Shown piece by piece: positions 52,348 through 64,000 of a DNA stretch of 64,000 bases (position 1 is the first letter of the stretch; every line of letters starts with the position of its first letter). The DNA is from Eledone cirrhosa. Its lineage: Eukaryota. The translations under genes were made by a program, and so were the position numbers. Where the stretch lies: contig OZ024744.1 in assembly GCA_964016885.1 (NCBI GenBank), forward strand, positions 78,802,001 to 78,866,000. Direction: 5' to 3'. The notes beneath the pieces were generated by a model. That model saw nothing but the letters and a program-made list of their open reading frames with translations. It was not told the DNA's origin and ran no database searches.

Positions 52348-55169
52348 ACCAGAACAACCTGCCACCCTCTACACACCATCATAAACTGCAAGCAGGGTAC
52401 AAATTGTTGTCCTTAAATGCTCGCAGTTTATGCAACAAGATACATCTGTTCGAATCCTACGTCAGAAGCATCGACCCTGACTTCATCACAGTCACGGCAA
52501 CATGGGCACATTCCTTACTCTGTGATGGGGTTTTCACCATTACTGGGTACAACCTTTTCCGCAAGGACCGCATTAACCGCCGTGGTGGTGGTGTGATGGT
52601 CTACGTTCGTTCAAACTTTTCGGTAATTCCTTGCGTTGATTTGAATGAATCACAGGAAGAAGTTTTTTTCTGTGACATACATATGACCATGTCAACACTT
52701 CTGCTTGGTGTTGTTTATCGACCCCCAAACTACCATCAGGACACACAGCTTTGCGATATCCTCAGAGTTGCTGCCAAGAAAACAGTCACTTATGTGTTTA
52801 TTGCAGGTGACTTCAATCATCCTGAGATCGATTGGGAAACCTTTCGTTGGCCACAGGGTGCAAACGATTTCCTTGAACTAGTGCTGGACTCAAACTGGTC
52901 ACAAGTAGTCACCTCTCCAACAAGAGGTGACAACACTTTGGACCTGATCTTCACCACTACTCCTGAAGTGGTTATCAGTTGTACTACTGAGGAACCTCTA
53001 GGCGACTCTGATCATGCTATGATCATTGCCAATCTGGCACTTGAGGGCAGCAACAAAAACCAGGGCCATCTCCAATCTGCTTGCTTTGATTGGAAGAGGG
53101 CGGATTGGAACTTGTACTGCACTGAGCTACAGCGCCCAAACTAGCATGAGATGTATAACTCTGGAGATGTGAACTCTATACTCCAGAGCATCCTGGACTC
53201 AATATGGATAGCGTGTGCAGCATCAGTGCCACGGAAGCGGAAAAATAACCACCCCAAAAGTGCAATCTGGGAAACTTCAGCGGTCCGACTTGCCAGGAAA
53301 GAACGTCGGAACGCTGAACGGGAATATAAACTGCATAGATCAGATGCCAACAGAAAAAAGCGGAATAAATCTTCTAACCATCTCAAGCAAGTGACAAAGA
53401 AGGCAGTGCTTGAATTTGAACAGTGCATCGCAACCAATCCTGACAGTAAGGTGTTCTGGAAATATGTTCATTCAAAGCAGAGACCTCACTCTCCAGTTGG
53501 TCCTCTTCGCAATCCCCACACAAGCCAGATCACTGACGATCCCAAGGAATGCGCAGAACTCATTGCTGAGTGCTATGCAAGTATTTTTACTGTTGAAGAC
53601 CAGAATGTACCATCTCCACCATCTCTAACATCAAATTCCATAACAACTATGGAATTTACACCTGCAATGTTGCGATGTCACCTTAAGAATAAGCGCAACT
53701 ATGCCTCCCCTGGTCTTGATGGTGTGACATACCTGCTTCTCAAACGTGGCGGGGATTTCCTTTTGCGCCAGCTTTCTTTTTTCTTTCAATACTGTCTCGG
53801 CAATGGTGCTACTCCGGAGCAGTGGAAAACTGCCAGTGTCATTCCCCTGTTCAAAAAGGGCAACCGCATGTCACCTGTCAACTATCATCCAGTCAGTCTT
53901 ACTAGCTGTATGGCCAAACTGATGGAATCCTGTGTCAGAGAAACACTTTGGAACTTCTGGAGCTCTCACAGCCTCATCCGGCCCTCACAGTTTGGATTTA
54001 TCCCTAACTCCAGCTGCTGTGATCAGCTTATCGAGTTTCTTGAGGACATCACCCGGATCACTGACAGCGGCTCATGGGTGGATGTTGTTTACCTTGACTT
54101 TGCTAAGGCTTTTAATTCTGTGCCACACAAAAGACTTATGGCAAAACTCTCTGCAATGGGTGTGAGGGATGATCTTTTCGACTGGCTGAAATCCTTCATT
54201 CTCAGCCGAAAGGAAGTAGTCACGGTTCTAGGACAGCATTCTTCACCATATGAGATGTCATCTGGTGTACCACAGGGATCTGTTCTTGGTCCTCTTTTGT
54301 TTGTGGCATATATTAATGACATAGATGCCAACTTACAGAATGCCACGGTACTAAAATATGCAGATGACATCAAGCTGTACCTTGAAATCAAAAGGACTGA
54401 TCCTGAAATTTACAACTCTTTCCTACAATCAGACCTGGACACAATGCAGCAATGGATCACAGACTGGAAACTGAAGCTGGCTGTGGACAAGTGTACCACC
54501 ATGCATTTTGGAAGGAAAAATCCAGCGTCCACATACTCCCTCCACAACACTGACATCAAAAAGTCCTCTTGTGAACGTGACCTGGGCATTACTGTCAGCA
54601 ACGATTTGCGTTGGACAAAGCATGTCTCTAAGATTGTCAAGAAGGCCGAGGGTGTCTTGGCATCACTCAGCAAGACCTTTGTTAGCCGCTCTCCAGCCAT
54701 CTATTTAAAACTGTATACAGCTATGGTGCGACCACACTTGGAATTCGCATCATCAGTCTGGAACCCCTATCTTGCTCGGAACATTGACCTCCTGGAAACT
54801 GTTCAGAGACGTGCAACCAAGCGCATACCCTCCATCAGACACCTACCATACTCTGAACGCCTTGCTTCCCTGGGCATGGATTCATTGAAGCTCCGACGTC
54901 TGGCAATGGACTTGGTGAATACCCACAAAGTTTTTAACCATCTCGCCAACTGCAACCCTGAGCGCCTCTTTGATCTCCATGTGTCTAACACACGTGGACA
55001 TGCCTACAAGATAAGAAAACAGCACAGCTCCCATGACTTTCGCAGACATTTTTTCACGCTCAGAGTTGCTGAAGCATGGAACAAACTGCCTGCGTCAGTT
55101 GTTAGCTGCCGAGACACTGCATCCTTTAAGACACTCATGCTTCCCAAAATACGCCAAAACTACACCTGA
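52338..55169 (+). pseudogene. LINE ORF2 (AP endonuclease + reverse transcriptase) with one in-frame TAG at 53142-53144
   Basis: APE motifs LNARS, GGGV, YRPP, GDFN, LDLIF, SDH. RT motifs YLDFAKAF, GVPQGSVLGP, YADD. CR1-type C-terminus RPHLEFASSVWNP, VQRRATK, TRGH, WNKLP. ORFs 52404-53144 and 53151-55169 are in the same frame. Confidence 0.93.
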
Positions 55170-55202
55170 TGTACCCCTTCCATACACATGCACACATGTG
55201 TG

Positions 55203-55461
55203 TATCATGACTCGTGCACTGTTCATTTTACTGATGTTTGTGCATTGCCCTATGTACTGTACATGCACTTTTTTGATGAGTTGTGGTGCACCTGGGCACT
55301 GTGCACACTATTTCGTTATTGTTATTATATCATGACTCATACACTGTTTATTTTCCTGACATTTGTACATTATTCTATGTACTATACATGCACCTTTGAT
55401 GAGTTGTAGTGCACCTGAGCACTGTACACAATAATTTCATTATTTCATTATTATTATTATT
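55203..55461 (+). repeat. Tandem pair of CR1 3'-UTR ends (~126 bp each)
   Basis: TATCATGACTC...GATGAGTTGT(G/A)GTGCACCTG(G/A)GCACTGT...ATT-rich tail occurs twice with divergence. Confidence 0.8.
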
Positions 55462-55539
55462 CATATCATTAAAGCAATAAAAAATTCCAATTACAGAACT
55501 AATTCTACAAGTGTTTAAGCTTCTCTATTTTGCCGTATC

Positions 55540-56130
55540 ATCTGAATCTTCCTCCCTAACCTCCTGTTTTATATTGCCTCTTACGTCATCTTTGGCCATG
55601 TCTCTTTTGGTTTTCCTCTTCCTTTACTTCCTTCCACATTAATTTCCGTTACTCCTCCTCTCATCCAGTTATCCTTCCTCAACACAAGACTCAATCATCT
55701 CATTCCATTCCTCTTTACAACATACATCACTGGCTATATTCCCATCACTCCTCTCACCCAGTCACTTTCATCTTTCCTCAACACATGATCAAACCATCTC
55801 ATTCCATTTCACAACATACATCACTAGCTCTATTCCCTTCCCAACACTGCCACTTTCATCCTTCCTCAACACATGACCTAACCATCTCATCCTATTTCTC
55901 TTTACAATATTCATCACTGGCTCTATTCCCATCAGTACTCTCACTACCACTTTCATCCTTCCTCAACACATGACCCAACCATCTCATTCCATTTATCTTC
56001 ACAACATTCATCACTGGCTCTACTCTTCTAACTCAATAACTTTTATCCATCCTCACCATATGACCCACCCATCTCATTCTACATTCCATTTCTTTTCATA
56101 ACATTCATTACTGGCTCTATTCCCATCATC
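55540..56130 (-). repeat. Decayed RTE LINE 3' fragment with ~5 tandem ~90-100-bp units
   Basis: Minus strand repeats GAGATGGTTGGGTCATGTGTTGAGGAAGGATGAAAG (RWLGHVLRKDE), then VEGSKGRGKPKETW. Confidence 0.6.
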
Positions 56131-56520
56131 CTTAGCAATTATCTCGTCCGTGGCACTGGAATGCATAGATGTTAGGACAAGTTATCTCACCTACGGTATG
56201 AAGAGGTTAAAATTATTTATAGCTGTTACACTTTTTATACATGAGCTGAATGGAAAATTTGTATTAGAATTTACATAACTTTCATAATTTTTTTTGTTAT
56301 ACATCAAACATTTTACATATAGAACTTGTCGAATGCTTTTTGAAATTGATAAAAGCAAAAAAGTGTTGCTTAATTTTATGGTTTCTTTTTATTAATAGAT
56401 TAAATATGATTGCAGTTGTATTAAAGAAGGAAAACTTTTCTGATAATTTCAAGATTATATTAAAATTATCAAATGTTCATATTTATATAAGACATATTCC
56501 TTACTGGAATTATGACTCAA

Positions 56521-56741
56521 CCCTTTAGCATTTACATTACTCTATATATACTATTGTATTTTTGTGGTAAAGGTTTTATCTTAAATAATTATCTCACATA
56601 ATATTGAATCTATGAGATTTTGATGTTATTTATTTTGAGAACAATACCTTAACGTCAATATGAGTGGCCAGTTACGGCCAATTTGAACAGAAAGAGTTGA
56701 GAGAATTCTGGCCAGATATGGCCAGTTTAAATGCTAAAGGG
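56521..56741 (+). mobile_element. piggyBac-like MITE
   Basis: TCAA|CCCTTTAGCATTTA...TAAATGCTAAAGGG|TTAA, 221 bp. Confidence 0.88.
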
Positions 56742-56769
56742 TTAAATATTTGAGCTTGTAGAATTTTTT

Positions 56770-56976
56770 TCATTCATCTTCTTTTTTTAAATTGAATGAT
56801 TTTTTCATTTCTAAACGTTTGTTGGTTCTGCTTTTCTTTTTTGCTAATTTGACAGCAGACTCTGCTTTCTTCTGTTCTGAAAAACTGTCCTTCCCATGTA
56901 AGAAAACATCCACCTTTCCTTTCATTATCTCACGAGCTTGTTTTCTGTTAAAGTCCAATGATCTACTCGCATGACA
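56770..56976 (-). CDS. MTRFR: Terminal coding exon of mitochondrial translation release factor in rescue (C12orf65 homolog)
   Basis: Acceptor TCTTCTGTTTTCAG, then phase-0 CHASRSLDFNRKQAREIMKGKVDVFLHGKDSFSEQKKAESAVKLAKKKSRTNKRLEMKK...*. Aligns by eye with the C12orf65 C-terminus as recalled ([31 protein letters not shown]...). The GGQ exon was not found in the window. Confidence 0.82.
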   Translation of the reverse strand, partial: CHASRSLDFNRKQAREIMKGKVDVFLHGKDSFSEQKKAESAVKLAKKKSRTNKRLEMKKSFNLKKEDE

Positions 56977-57057
56977 CTGAAAACAGAAGACGTATTTCTG
57001 TCAAATAGGAATAGTTTTCATTAATATAAATAAATATATATATATTATATAAAATGA

Positions 57058-57345
57058 TGGTTGTGTAGGTGTCATGGCAAAAAGCACCCAGTCCACACAA
57101 TAAAGTGGTTGTGTTTGGCAAAAGTAACCAGTCCACACTGTAAAGTGGTCGTGTAGGCGCCACAACAAAAAGCACCCAGTACTCACTGTAAATGGGATTG
57201 GCACTAGGAAGGGCATCCAGCCAAAGTTGGTTCTGTATGAGCATGACATGGTTACCCGACCTAGCATTGCTCACAACAGGATAACTCGTCTAACCCATGC
57301 CAGCATGGAAAAATTGACATCAAATGGTGATGATGATGATGATGA
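57058..57345 (+). mobile_element. (GAT)n-tailed retroposon with ~3 degenerate 48-bp units
   Basis: AAAAGCACCCAGTCCACAC units, GGAAGGGCATCCAGCC, (GAT)n tail. Confidence 0.7.
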
Positions 57346-58146
57346 CATTTATAAAATATATATTCATCATCATCATGATTTTACATCTGCTTTCCATGCT
57401 GGTATCGATTGGATGGGTTGCCTTCATCTGAGTTCTTATTCAGAATTACTGCCTCCCTAAATGGATCAGAGACTACATCTAGTATGTTCCATTTCATATA
57501 CAGTTTCTATAGCTGTATGCTCCTCCTTACAGAGTATACTGGGTGCATTCTATTATAGCATAAACACTAGAGAGGATGTCTTGTTCTTTCTATTTGTTCA
57601 TTGATCAACACCAGGAAAGATAAAAAGAATCATTGCTTCCCTGTGTTGTCTTCATTTGTTTGTTCCTTTCTTTTCCTCACAAATGAGCGTAAACAAGAGG
57701 ATGATAAAAGAAAGTCCAATGGAAGAGAAAGAGTGAGGGAATGATGATTGTTGGTAAGGAGATAGAATAGAAGCAACATGACTAAGAAGTTGAAGGAAAA
57801 GAATCTAATAAAGAAAAGCAAGAGAGAGAAAGAGAGCGAGCTACATGATAGAAAAGAGTATATAAAAAGAAAACCAGAGTGGAGAGGGAGAGTGAGAGGT
57901 GCGTGAGAGTCATAGTAAGAGAAGGAGGAATGAGAAAGAGTGAGAGATAGCTAACAACAAAAAGAGTTGTGGTAAAATTGGAGAGAATTGAATACAAACA
58001 GAGCCAATGTGCTACTACTCCTCATTACACAGAGGACAGGATGAGAGGGAGAAAGAGATATGGAGAGACAGTAATAGGAGAGGGCGTGAATGATAGAGTT
58101 ATGAAGAGAGAAAGAGTGTGATCAATAGTTAAAGACTTAATATGAA

Positions 58147-58367
58147 CCCTTTATCATTTACATTACTCTATATATACTATTGTATTTTTATGGTAAACAT
58201 TTTACTTCACATAATTATCTCACATAATATCAAATCTATGAGATTTTGATATTATTTATTTTGAGAACAATACCTTAACATCAATATGAGTGGCTAGTTA
58301 CAGCAGGTTTGAACAGAAAGGAGTGAGAGAATTCTAGCCGGATACGGCCTGTTTAAATGCCAAAGGG
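58147..58367 (+). mobile_element. piggyBac-like MITE
   Basis: CCCTTTATCATTTA...TAAATGCCAAAGGG|TTAA. Confidence 0.85.
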
Positions 58368-58523
58368 TTAAGAGGAAATATGTAAATATTATACATCCCA
58401 ACCTCCATTACCAATACCATCATTCCATGCTTCATGGGGTAGGTGGGGCTTCTCCAGCATAGCGTTTCACCACCTGTTGTGTTCCTTTATTATCAAACTG
58501 ACCATCATCCTCTACTAAGTCTA

Positions 58524-58815
58524 AAAGTATAAAGTCTGTTTTGAACCCAGAGGTTCATTAGGCTGGGACTTATCCTGGTTTCCATGGCGTGAAACACTTG
58601 AGAGTACAAGACTCCCCACAGGAGAGTATGGCAGTCCATTGCAGGGTTAAACCTCCAGCTATCGCTGGTACTCATTTTCAGCTGAGTAAAGATGAAAAAA
58701 ATGAAATGAAGTGTTTTGCTCAAGAACACATCATTCAACCCAGTTCAGGAATCAAACTCACGACATTACAATCGTAAGTCCAACATCCTTACCATGATAA
58801 GGCCACGTGCCTCCA
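58524..58815 (-). mobile_element. tRNA-derived CORE-type SINE (different 3' tail from 59631)
   Basis: Minus strand TGGAGGCACGTGGCCTT...GAGTTTGATTCC...TCTTGAGCAAAACACTT...ACTCAGCTGAAAATGAG. Confidence 0.7.
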
Positions 58816-59256
58816 CATACTATTTGCCATTCCCTTCTACCTACCACTATTCTCTTTCGGTCACCCTCTACCGCTAACCACTGTTCTCTCTTCTCCATGT
58901 GACTCTTCTTAGTTGACATCTACTACTCTCACCATCACACATCCCTGTTGCTATCCATCACTCACTCTCCCTTGCCCTTTTAGCATTCTTCATTTTTATT
59001 TCTATATCTTCATGATGTTCTTACACCACCTACCAACAACCAGCATGTAGCAATCACTATCTTTTTCTCTCTTGTTATTCATCCTCCGACCATCCTATCA
59101 CTGCCCCCCCCCCCCCTCCTTCGCCCATCACAGTAACATTTATACTTTTCTCTCTTTCCTTTCTTAGTCATCACTTCCCCTTCTGTTCACATTCTCAGTT
59201 GGTCACATTTGTTTTGAAAGAACACCAACATGTAGTTGCAAGGGACCATGTCTTAA

Positions 59257-59477
59257 TGCTTTAGCATTTACATTACTCTATATATTCTATCGTATTTTCA
59301 CAGTAAAGGCTTTATCTTACATAATTATCTCACATAATATTGAATCTATTAGATTTTGATATTATTTACGATGAGAACAATACCTTAACATCAGTATGAG
59401 TAGCCAGTTAAAGCCAGTTTGAACAGAAAGAGGTGAGAGAATTCTGGCTGGATACGGCTGGCTTAAATGCTAAAGGG
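59257..59477 (+). mobile_element. piggyBac-like MITE
   Basis: TTAA|TGCTTTAGCATTTA...TAAATGCTAAAGGG|TTAA. Confidence 0.85.
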
Positions 59478-59630
59478 TTAAACTTGCAGTGTACAAAGCA
59501 ACCACTTAAGTGTTGGTGCTACAATAAAATATATACACTCAGTACACTCTGTGAAGTGCTTGGTAATTGAATGGGAACAACGTAAGACATGGAAATGTTT
59601 AGTTAATGATTTGACAGCTTCTTTAGTGTT

Positions 59631-59957
59631 AAAGTAAAGATCCCCTTTCGTCACGAATGACCATGGGGTTTGCACCTAGAAAGTTTTCCTCGGAGGCACA
59701 AGTCTGGGCAAAGTTGTTTGTTGAAGACCAGCAGTCGCCCATTCATACCAGTTTCTTCTCTCCATGCCACCGATGTTGTCCAAGGGAAAGGCAATGGCTG
59801 ATACAGCTTGGCACCAGTGACGTCGCAACTCATTTCTACAGCTGAGTGAACTGGATTAATGTGAAATAAAGTGTCTAACTCAAGGACACAACGCAAAGCC
59901 TCGTCCAAGAATCGAACTAACAACCCCAATGCTCTAACCAATAAGCCATGTGCCTTC
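59631..59957 (-). mobile_element. tRNA-derived CORE-type SINE, near full length
   Basis: Head GGCACATGGCTTATTGGTTAGAGC, B-box GTTCGATTC, GTGTCCTTGAGTTAGACACTT, CTTTA-repeat tail; homologous to 44710. Confidence 0.75.
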
Positions 59958-60718
59958 TTTAGTGTTGGTGCTATGATAAAATGTATTCAGTGTAATCTGT
60001 TAACTGGTTGAGATTAGCAAGTGCATCCATTTATAGAAAACATGTAAAAAAAAAACAAAAAAAAACTAACACACGGTGCCTTGACTAATCTATGAGAGGA
60101 ATAATCAGTAATATAATGAAAGTCTTGTGTCACACAATAGAGATGACTGACGAAGGAAAAGGTGATGACATCAACTGAGGAAGGAAGGGGTGGCAGTGTT
60201 CAACATTTGTTACACCTGTGTGTATATATGTATAGCAAATTGGCTTCACACATTGGCTGTTATGATTATGTGAGTGTTTGTGTATATTCCATATATATAC
60301 AATATTTGTGTGAATTTATGTGTTTGTGTGTGTTTATTTAGAAAGATACATAGACAATAGAATTACAAACACACACAAATCTACACATACATATATATAT
60401 AAACAGACACACTTAGAAAAAATAATTATTACATACACACACATCTATGTGATAAATAAGAAAGAAGGGGGGGGGGGGGGGCTATAGAAGTCCAGCATTC
60501 TAAGATTTTGTCACACTTGTGTGTGTTTGTATCACTTGTGTGAGTGAGCACAAAGGAACCAACCAACCAACAAACAAACATCTCTTTTTTTATATGCATA
60601 GATATTACAATTAGCCATCATTTTTGATGGCATGGGCCAGCTAGTTTTGAATAAGAACTAACTTGGACTGTAACAACACATGTCAGCATGGAAAATAGAT
60701 GTAAAATTATGTTGATAA

Positions 60719-60793
60719 TAATTGTTTTTACTTTAGGCACAAGGCCAGCAATTACCCAGTGCATTACTGGTACTTTATTTTATCGACCCCGTT
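60719..60793 (-). mobile_element. 5'-truncated SINE 3' end (family of 45040)
   Basis: CTTTAGGCACAAGGCCAGCAATTACCCAGTGCATTACTGGTACTTTATTTTATCGACCCC. Confidence 0.75.
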
Positions 60794-61185
60794 GATAATA
60801 ATGATTGGAGAGATTCGGTTTCCTGATATCAGTCTTTATCACTTTACCCAGTATCCTCCTTGGTTTCCCTCTTCCATAGATTCCATCCATTCAGATTGCT
60901 CAGCATTTCTTTATGCAACTGACTTCATCTATATACATCACACGTCTGTACCAGTATAGTATTCTTCTCACTTCCACACGACATCTGATAGGTGTCATGT
61001 CAAGTGTATTTGTTGTGGTGTATTCCTTCCTGTATTGTTTGTTCATGGGCTTGGCATATTTATCCAGCTTAACCCTTTTGTTACTATATTCCTAATGAAA
61101 AACACTGACTGTGATTTTCAAATAATTTCAAAAATAAGCGGGAATTTTGAAAGATTAGTAAAATATCTAAATGCCTCATTATTAA

Positions 61186-61381
61186 TCCTTTAGCATTACT
61201 TTACTCTATATTTACTATTATATTTTCACAGTAAAAGCTTTACTTCACTTAATATGGAGATTTTGATATTTATTTTGAGAACAAAACCTTAAAGTAAGTA
61301 TGAGGGGTCGGTTATGGCTGGTTTGAACAGAAAGAGGTGAGAGAATTCTGGCCGGATGTGGCTGGTTTAAATGTTAAAGGG
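61186..61381 (+). mobile_element. piggyBac-like MITE with small internal deletions
   Basis: TTAA|TCCTTTAGCATT...TAAATGTTAAAGGG|TTAA. Confidence 0.82.
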
Positions 61382-61482
61382 TTAAACTAGTGCTTGGAGC
61401 TCAACATTACAAAGGTTCTTGCATAAAATTATGATGGAAGGGTTTTAGATAAATATAAACACTTTAAAATATACAATTCTAT

Positions 61483-62385
61483 ATCAAAGAACAAAGGGTG
61501 GTTTCAGGCGATTTTGTATTAAAAGGGTTAACCTTTATTTTGGGTGTTATTATTTTTCCGATTTCTTATAAATTTGTTTTGTCATTGTGTAAATTTTATA
61601 TTTTTTAAATAATATTTGTCTTTATCAGTGATTTCGCTGCTGCTGCTACTGCCACCCATATCTCTTTGCTTAGCTTGAATTCATCTGAAGGTCACCTTGT
61701 ATAACATCACCATCATATATTATATCTATTATGAATCATGCTACTGTAAATTAATTGTTTCTACTTTAGGCACAAGGCCAGCAATTACCCAGTGCATTAC
61801 TGGTACTTTATTTTATCGACCCCCATAAGGATGAAAGGCAAAGTCAACCTCGGACTGTAAATTAATGCTAGCCAGTCAACTCCAAAACATATGCAAATGG
61901 GTATCACCAACTGATGTTTTATATACAAAATCTATACAAGCTTTAGCTTAAGCCTATTCTTTTCTCAGAACCGAGTGAGTAAGCATCACATCAAAGAACA
62001 AAGGGTGGTTTCAGGCGATTTTGTATTAAAAGGGTTAACCTTTATTTTGGGTGTTATTATTTTTCCGATTTCTTATAAATTTGTTTTGTCATTGTGTAAA
62101 TTTTATATTTTTTAAATAATATTTGTCTTTATCAGTGATTTCGCTGCTGCTGCTACTGCCACCCATATCTCTTTGCTTAGCTTGAATTCATCTGAAGGTC
62201 ACCTTGTATAACATCACCATCATATATTATATCTATTATGAATCATGCTACTGTAAATTAATGCTAGCCAGTCAACTCCAAAACATATGCAAATGGGTAT
62301 CACCAACTGATGTTTTATATACAAAATCTATACAAGCTTTAGCTTAAGCCTATTCTTTTCTCAGAACCGAGTGAGTAAGCATCAC
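61483..62385. repeat. Recent 396-bp tandem duplication (61483-61989 with SINE insert; 61990-62385 without)
   Basis: Copies look identical apart from a 111-bp insertion in the first. Confidence 0.93.
61755..61853 (-). mobile_element. 5'-truncated SINE with 12-bp TSD ACTGTAAATTAA
   Basis: TSD at 61743-61754 and 61854-61865; a single copy of this 12-mer is at the empty site in the neighbouring duplicate. Confidence 0.9.
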
Positions 62386-62557
62386 TGATGATGGATATAA
62401 AATCCTGAAATACTAGTGCCTGGCTTTCTCACACAGCTAAGATAGCTGTGATATGATCACAGCTTAACATTTTCCCAGCAAAACCTATATTTGCTTATAT
62501 TATACATAAACATTTCATATATTCCACCATATACACTTCTATTATGAAACATGCTAA

Positions 62558-62953
62558 ACAATGATAATGAAAATTATTGCATACAGTGCTCAGGTGCACT
62601 ACAACTCATCAAAGGTGCATGTATAGTACATAGAATAATGTACAAATGTCAGGAAAGTGAACAGTGTATGATTCATCATATACACACAGATACATGCATG
62701 CATGTGTATGGAGGGGGAATATCAGGTATAGTGTTGGTGACATTCAGGAAGCATGGAAGTTTTGACAGCTAACAACCATTGCAGGTAGTTTGTTCCATGC
62801 TTCAGCAACTCTGAGCGTGAAAAACTGTTCCCGAAAGTCATTGGGGCTGTGCTATTTTCTGATTTTGCAAGCATGCCAATGGGTGTTCGACACATGAAAT
62901 TCAAAAAGGTGCTCAGGGTTGTTGTTGGCAAGATGGTTAATAATTTTGTGAGG
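62558..62953 (-). mobile_element. 3' fragment of the same CR1 family
   Basis: Reverse complement matches the ORF2 end (TTCACGCTCAGAGTTGCTGAAGCATGGAACAAACT) and the 3' UTR of 54920-55450. Confidence 0.88.
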
Positions 62954-63479
62954 TTGTTGTTTGCAAGATGTTAGTGCTACTGCTAATAAATCCCTGTTAG
63001 AGTACAATGAGAATCAACATCAAGTTGTATGTCATTGTTTACCACAAGAAAAGTGAGAAAGGCACATGAAAAATTGATATTCAGACTTGTTAAATATGAA
63101 GGTGAATTAGGAAGATAGCATTTAGTGATGAGGTGATGGGGGCTTGGTAGAGTTTTCTTTTTTAGTTTTGATTCTAAGTGGAAGTTGGTTCTGAGGTTGA
63201 GGAACATAACTTGACCTAGCCTAAGTGCTTCGGATTAGTATTGCCGGAGCTGGAAAGCTGGGACTGTGCTCTTACAGCCCTATAAAATTGCTTCATATCA
63301 CATGTGACTTGATCCCCTCTGTTGAACAAAATCCCCTCCAATGCATCCACATCACAGTACTGACACCACTAAATAGCACTTGTGTTTTTTAAGCCATACT
63401 GTAATAACAGAGCCACAGCTTAACTTATACTTAGACACTGCTTTAGTGAAAAGAAGGGCTTCATATATAAAAGACTTAA

Positions 63480-63690
63480 CCCTTTAGCATTTACATTGCT
63501 CTATATTTACTATTGTATTTTTAGGGTAAAGGCTTTACTTCATATAATTATCTCACATAATATTGAATCTATGAAATTTTGATATTATTTATTTTGAGAA
63601 CAATACCTTAACATCAGTATGAGTGGCCAGCTACAGCTGGTTTGAACAGAAAGAGGTGAGAGAATTCTGGCTGGGTACAGCTGGTTTAAA
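63480..63690 (+). mobile_element. piggyBac-like MITE lacking right TIR tip
   Basis: TTAA|CCCTTTAGCATTTA...CTGGTTTAAA, then unrelated sequence. Confidence 0.82.
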
Positions 63691-63835
63691 GATCTGTGCG
63701 AGGCATGAGGTTAGTAGTGTACAGTAGTAACAACTGAGATGGAATGCTGTGCATATGTAGGACTATGGAAGGACAGTAGAGACATAATTAGTGAATGCAG
63801 AGGAATACAAAAAATGCTTTATCATATTATAGATA

Positions 63836-64000
63836 CAAGAGCGGTGGATTGGGAGTATCGATAAAACGTCAGACATCCTGCTTTATGGCATAGTTACAGC
63901 CCTTTACATTCTGAATTCAAATCCTGCCAAGGTTAGCTTTGCCTTTCATCCTTATGGGATCGATAAAATAAAGTACCAGTAATGAACTGGGGGTCAATTT
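63836..64000 (+). mobile_element. SINE (family of 45040), runs off window
   Basis: GAATTCAAATCCTGCC...GCCTTTCATCCTTATGGGATCGATAAAATAAAGTACCAG. Confidence 0.75.

Larger units (their letters stand above)
51835..55461 (+). mobile_element. CR1-clade LINE, 5'-truncated, with ORF1 remnant, ORF2 and (ATT)n tail
   Basis: ORF1 piece, APE and RT domains, 3' UTR and TTATTATTATT tail. Confidence 0.92.

Noticed and set aside
52077-54991. Short overlapping or antisense ORFs within the LINE
   Set aside because: Shadow frames of ORF1/ORF2 with no recognisable motifs.
57000-64000. Upstream GGQ-containing MTRFR exon
   Set aside because: No G.GPGGQ-encoding stretch found by eye; presumably beyond the window.

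Overview
Eukaryotic (invertebrate) genomic DNA; the SINE/LINE families look cephalopod/octopus-like, which is an inference. Bases 1 to ~42,170 are one ~2,340-copy tandem array of an 18-bp unit, TGGTTGTTACT(G/A)CTGT(TG/CA), open at the left edge and built from nested higher-order duplications. All giant Val-, Thr- and Leu-rich ORFs in the track come from this array. The remaining ~22 kb is mostly transposon-derived: (1) piggyBac-type MITEs (7 copies, one nested inside another); (2) tRNA-derived SINEs; (3) a non-autonomous Helitron; (4) a cluster of Penelope-like remnants among (TA)n tracts, with fold-back repeats carrying minimal hammerhead ribozymes and a GIY-YIG C-terminal fragment that the ORF track missed; (5) a Tx1/L1-like 3' fragment; (6) a near-complete CR1-clade LINE whose AUG-less ORF2 follows a G_GGA_AAC slippery site; (7) decayed RTE fragments. 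One host-gene exon is recognisable: the terminal exon of MTRFR/C12orf65 on the minus strand. All calls were made by eye, without database searches.
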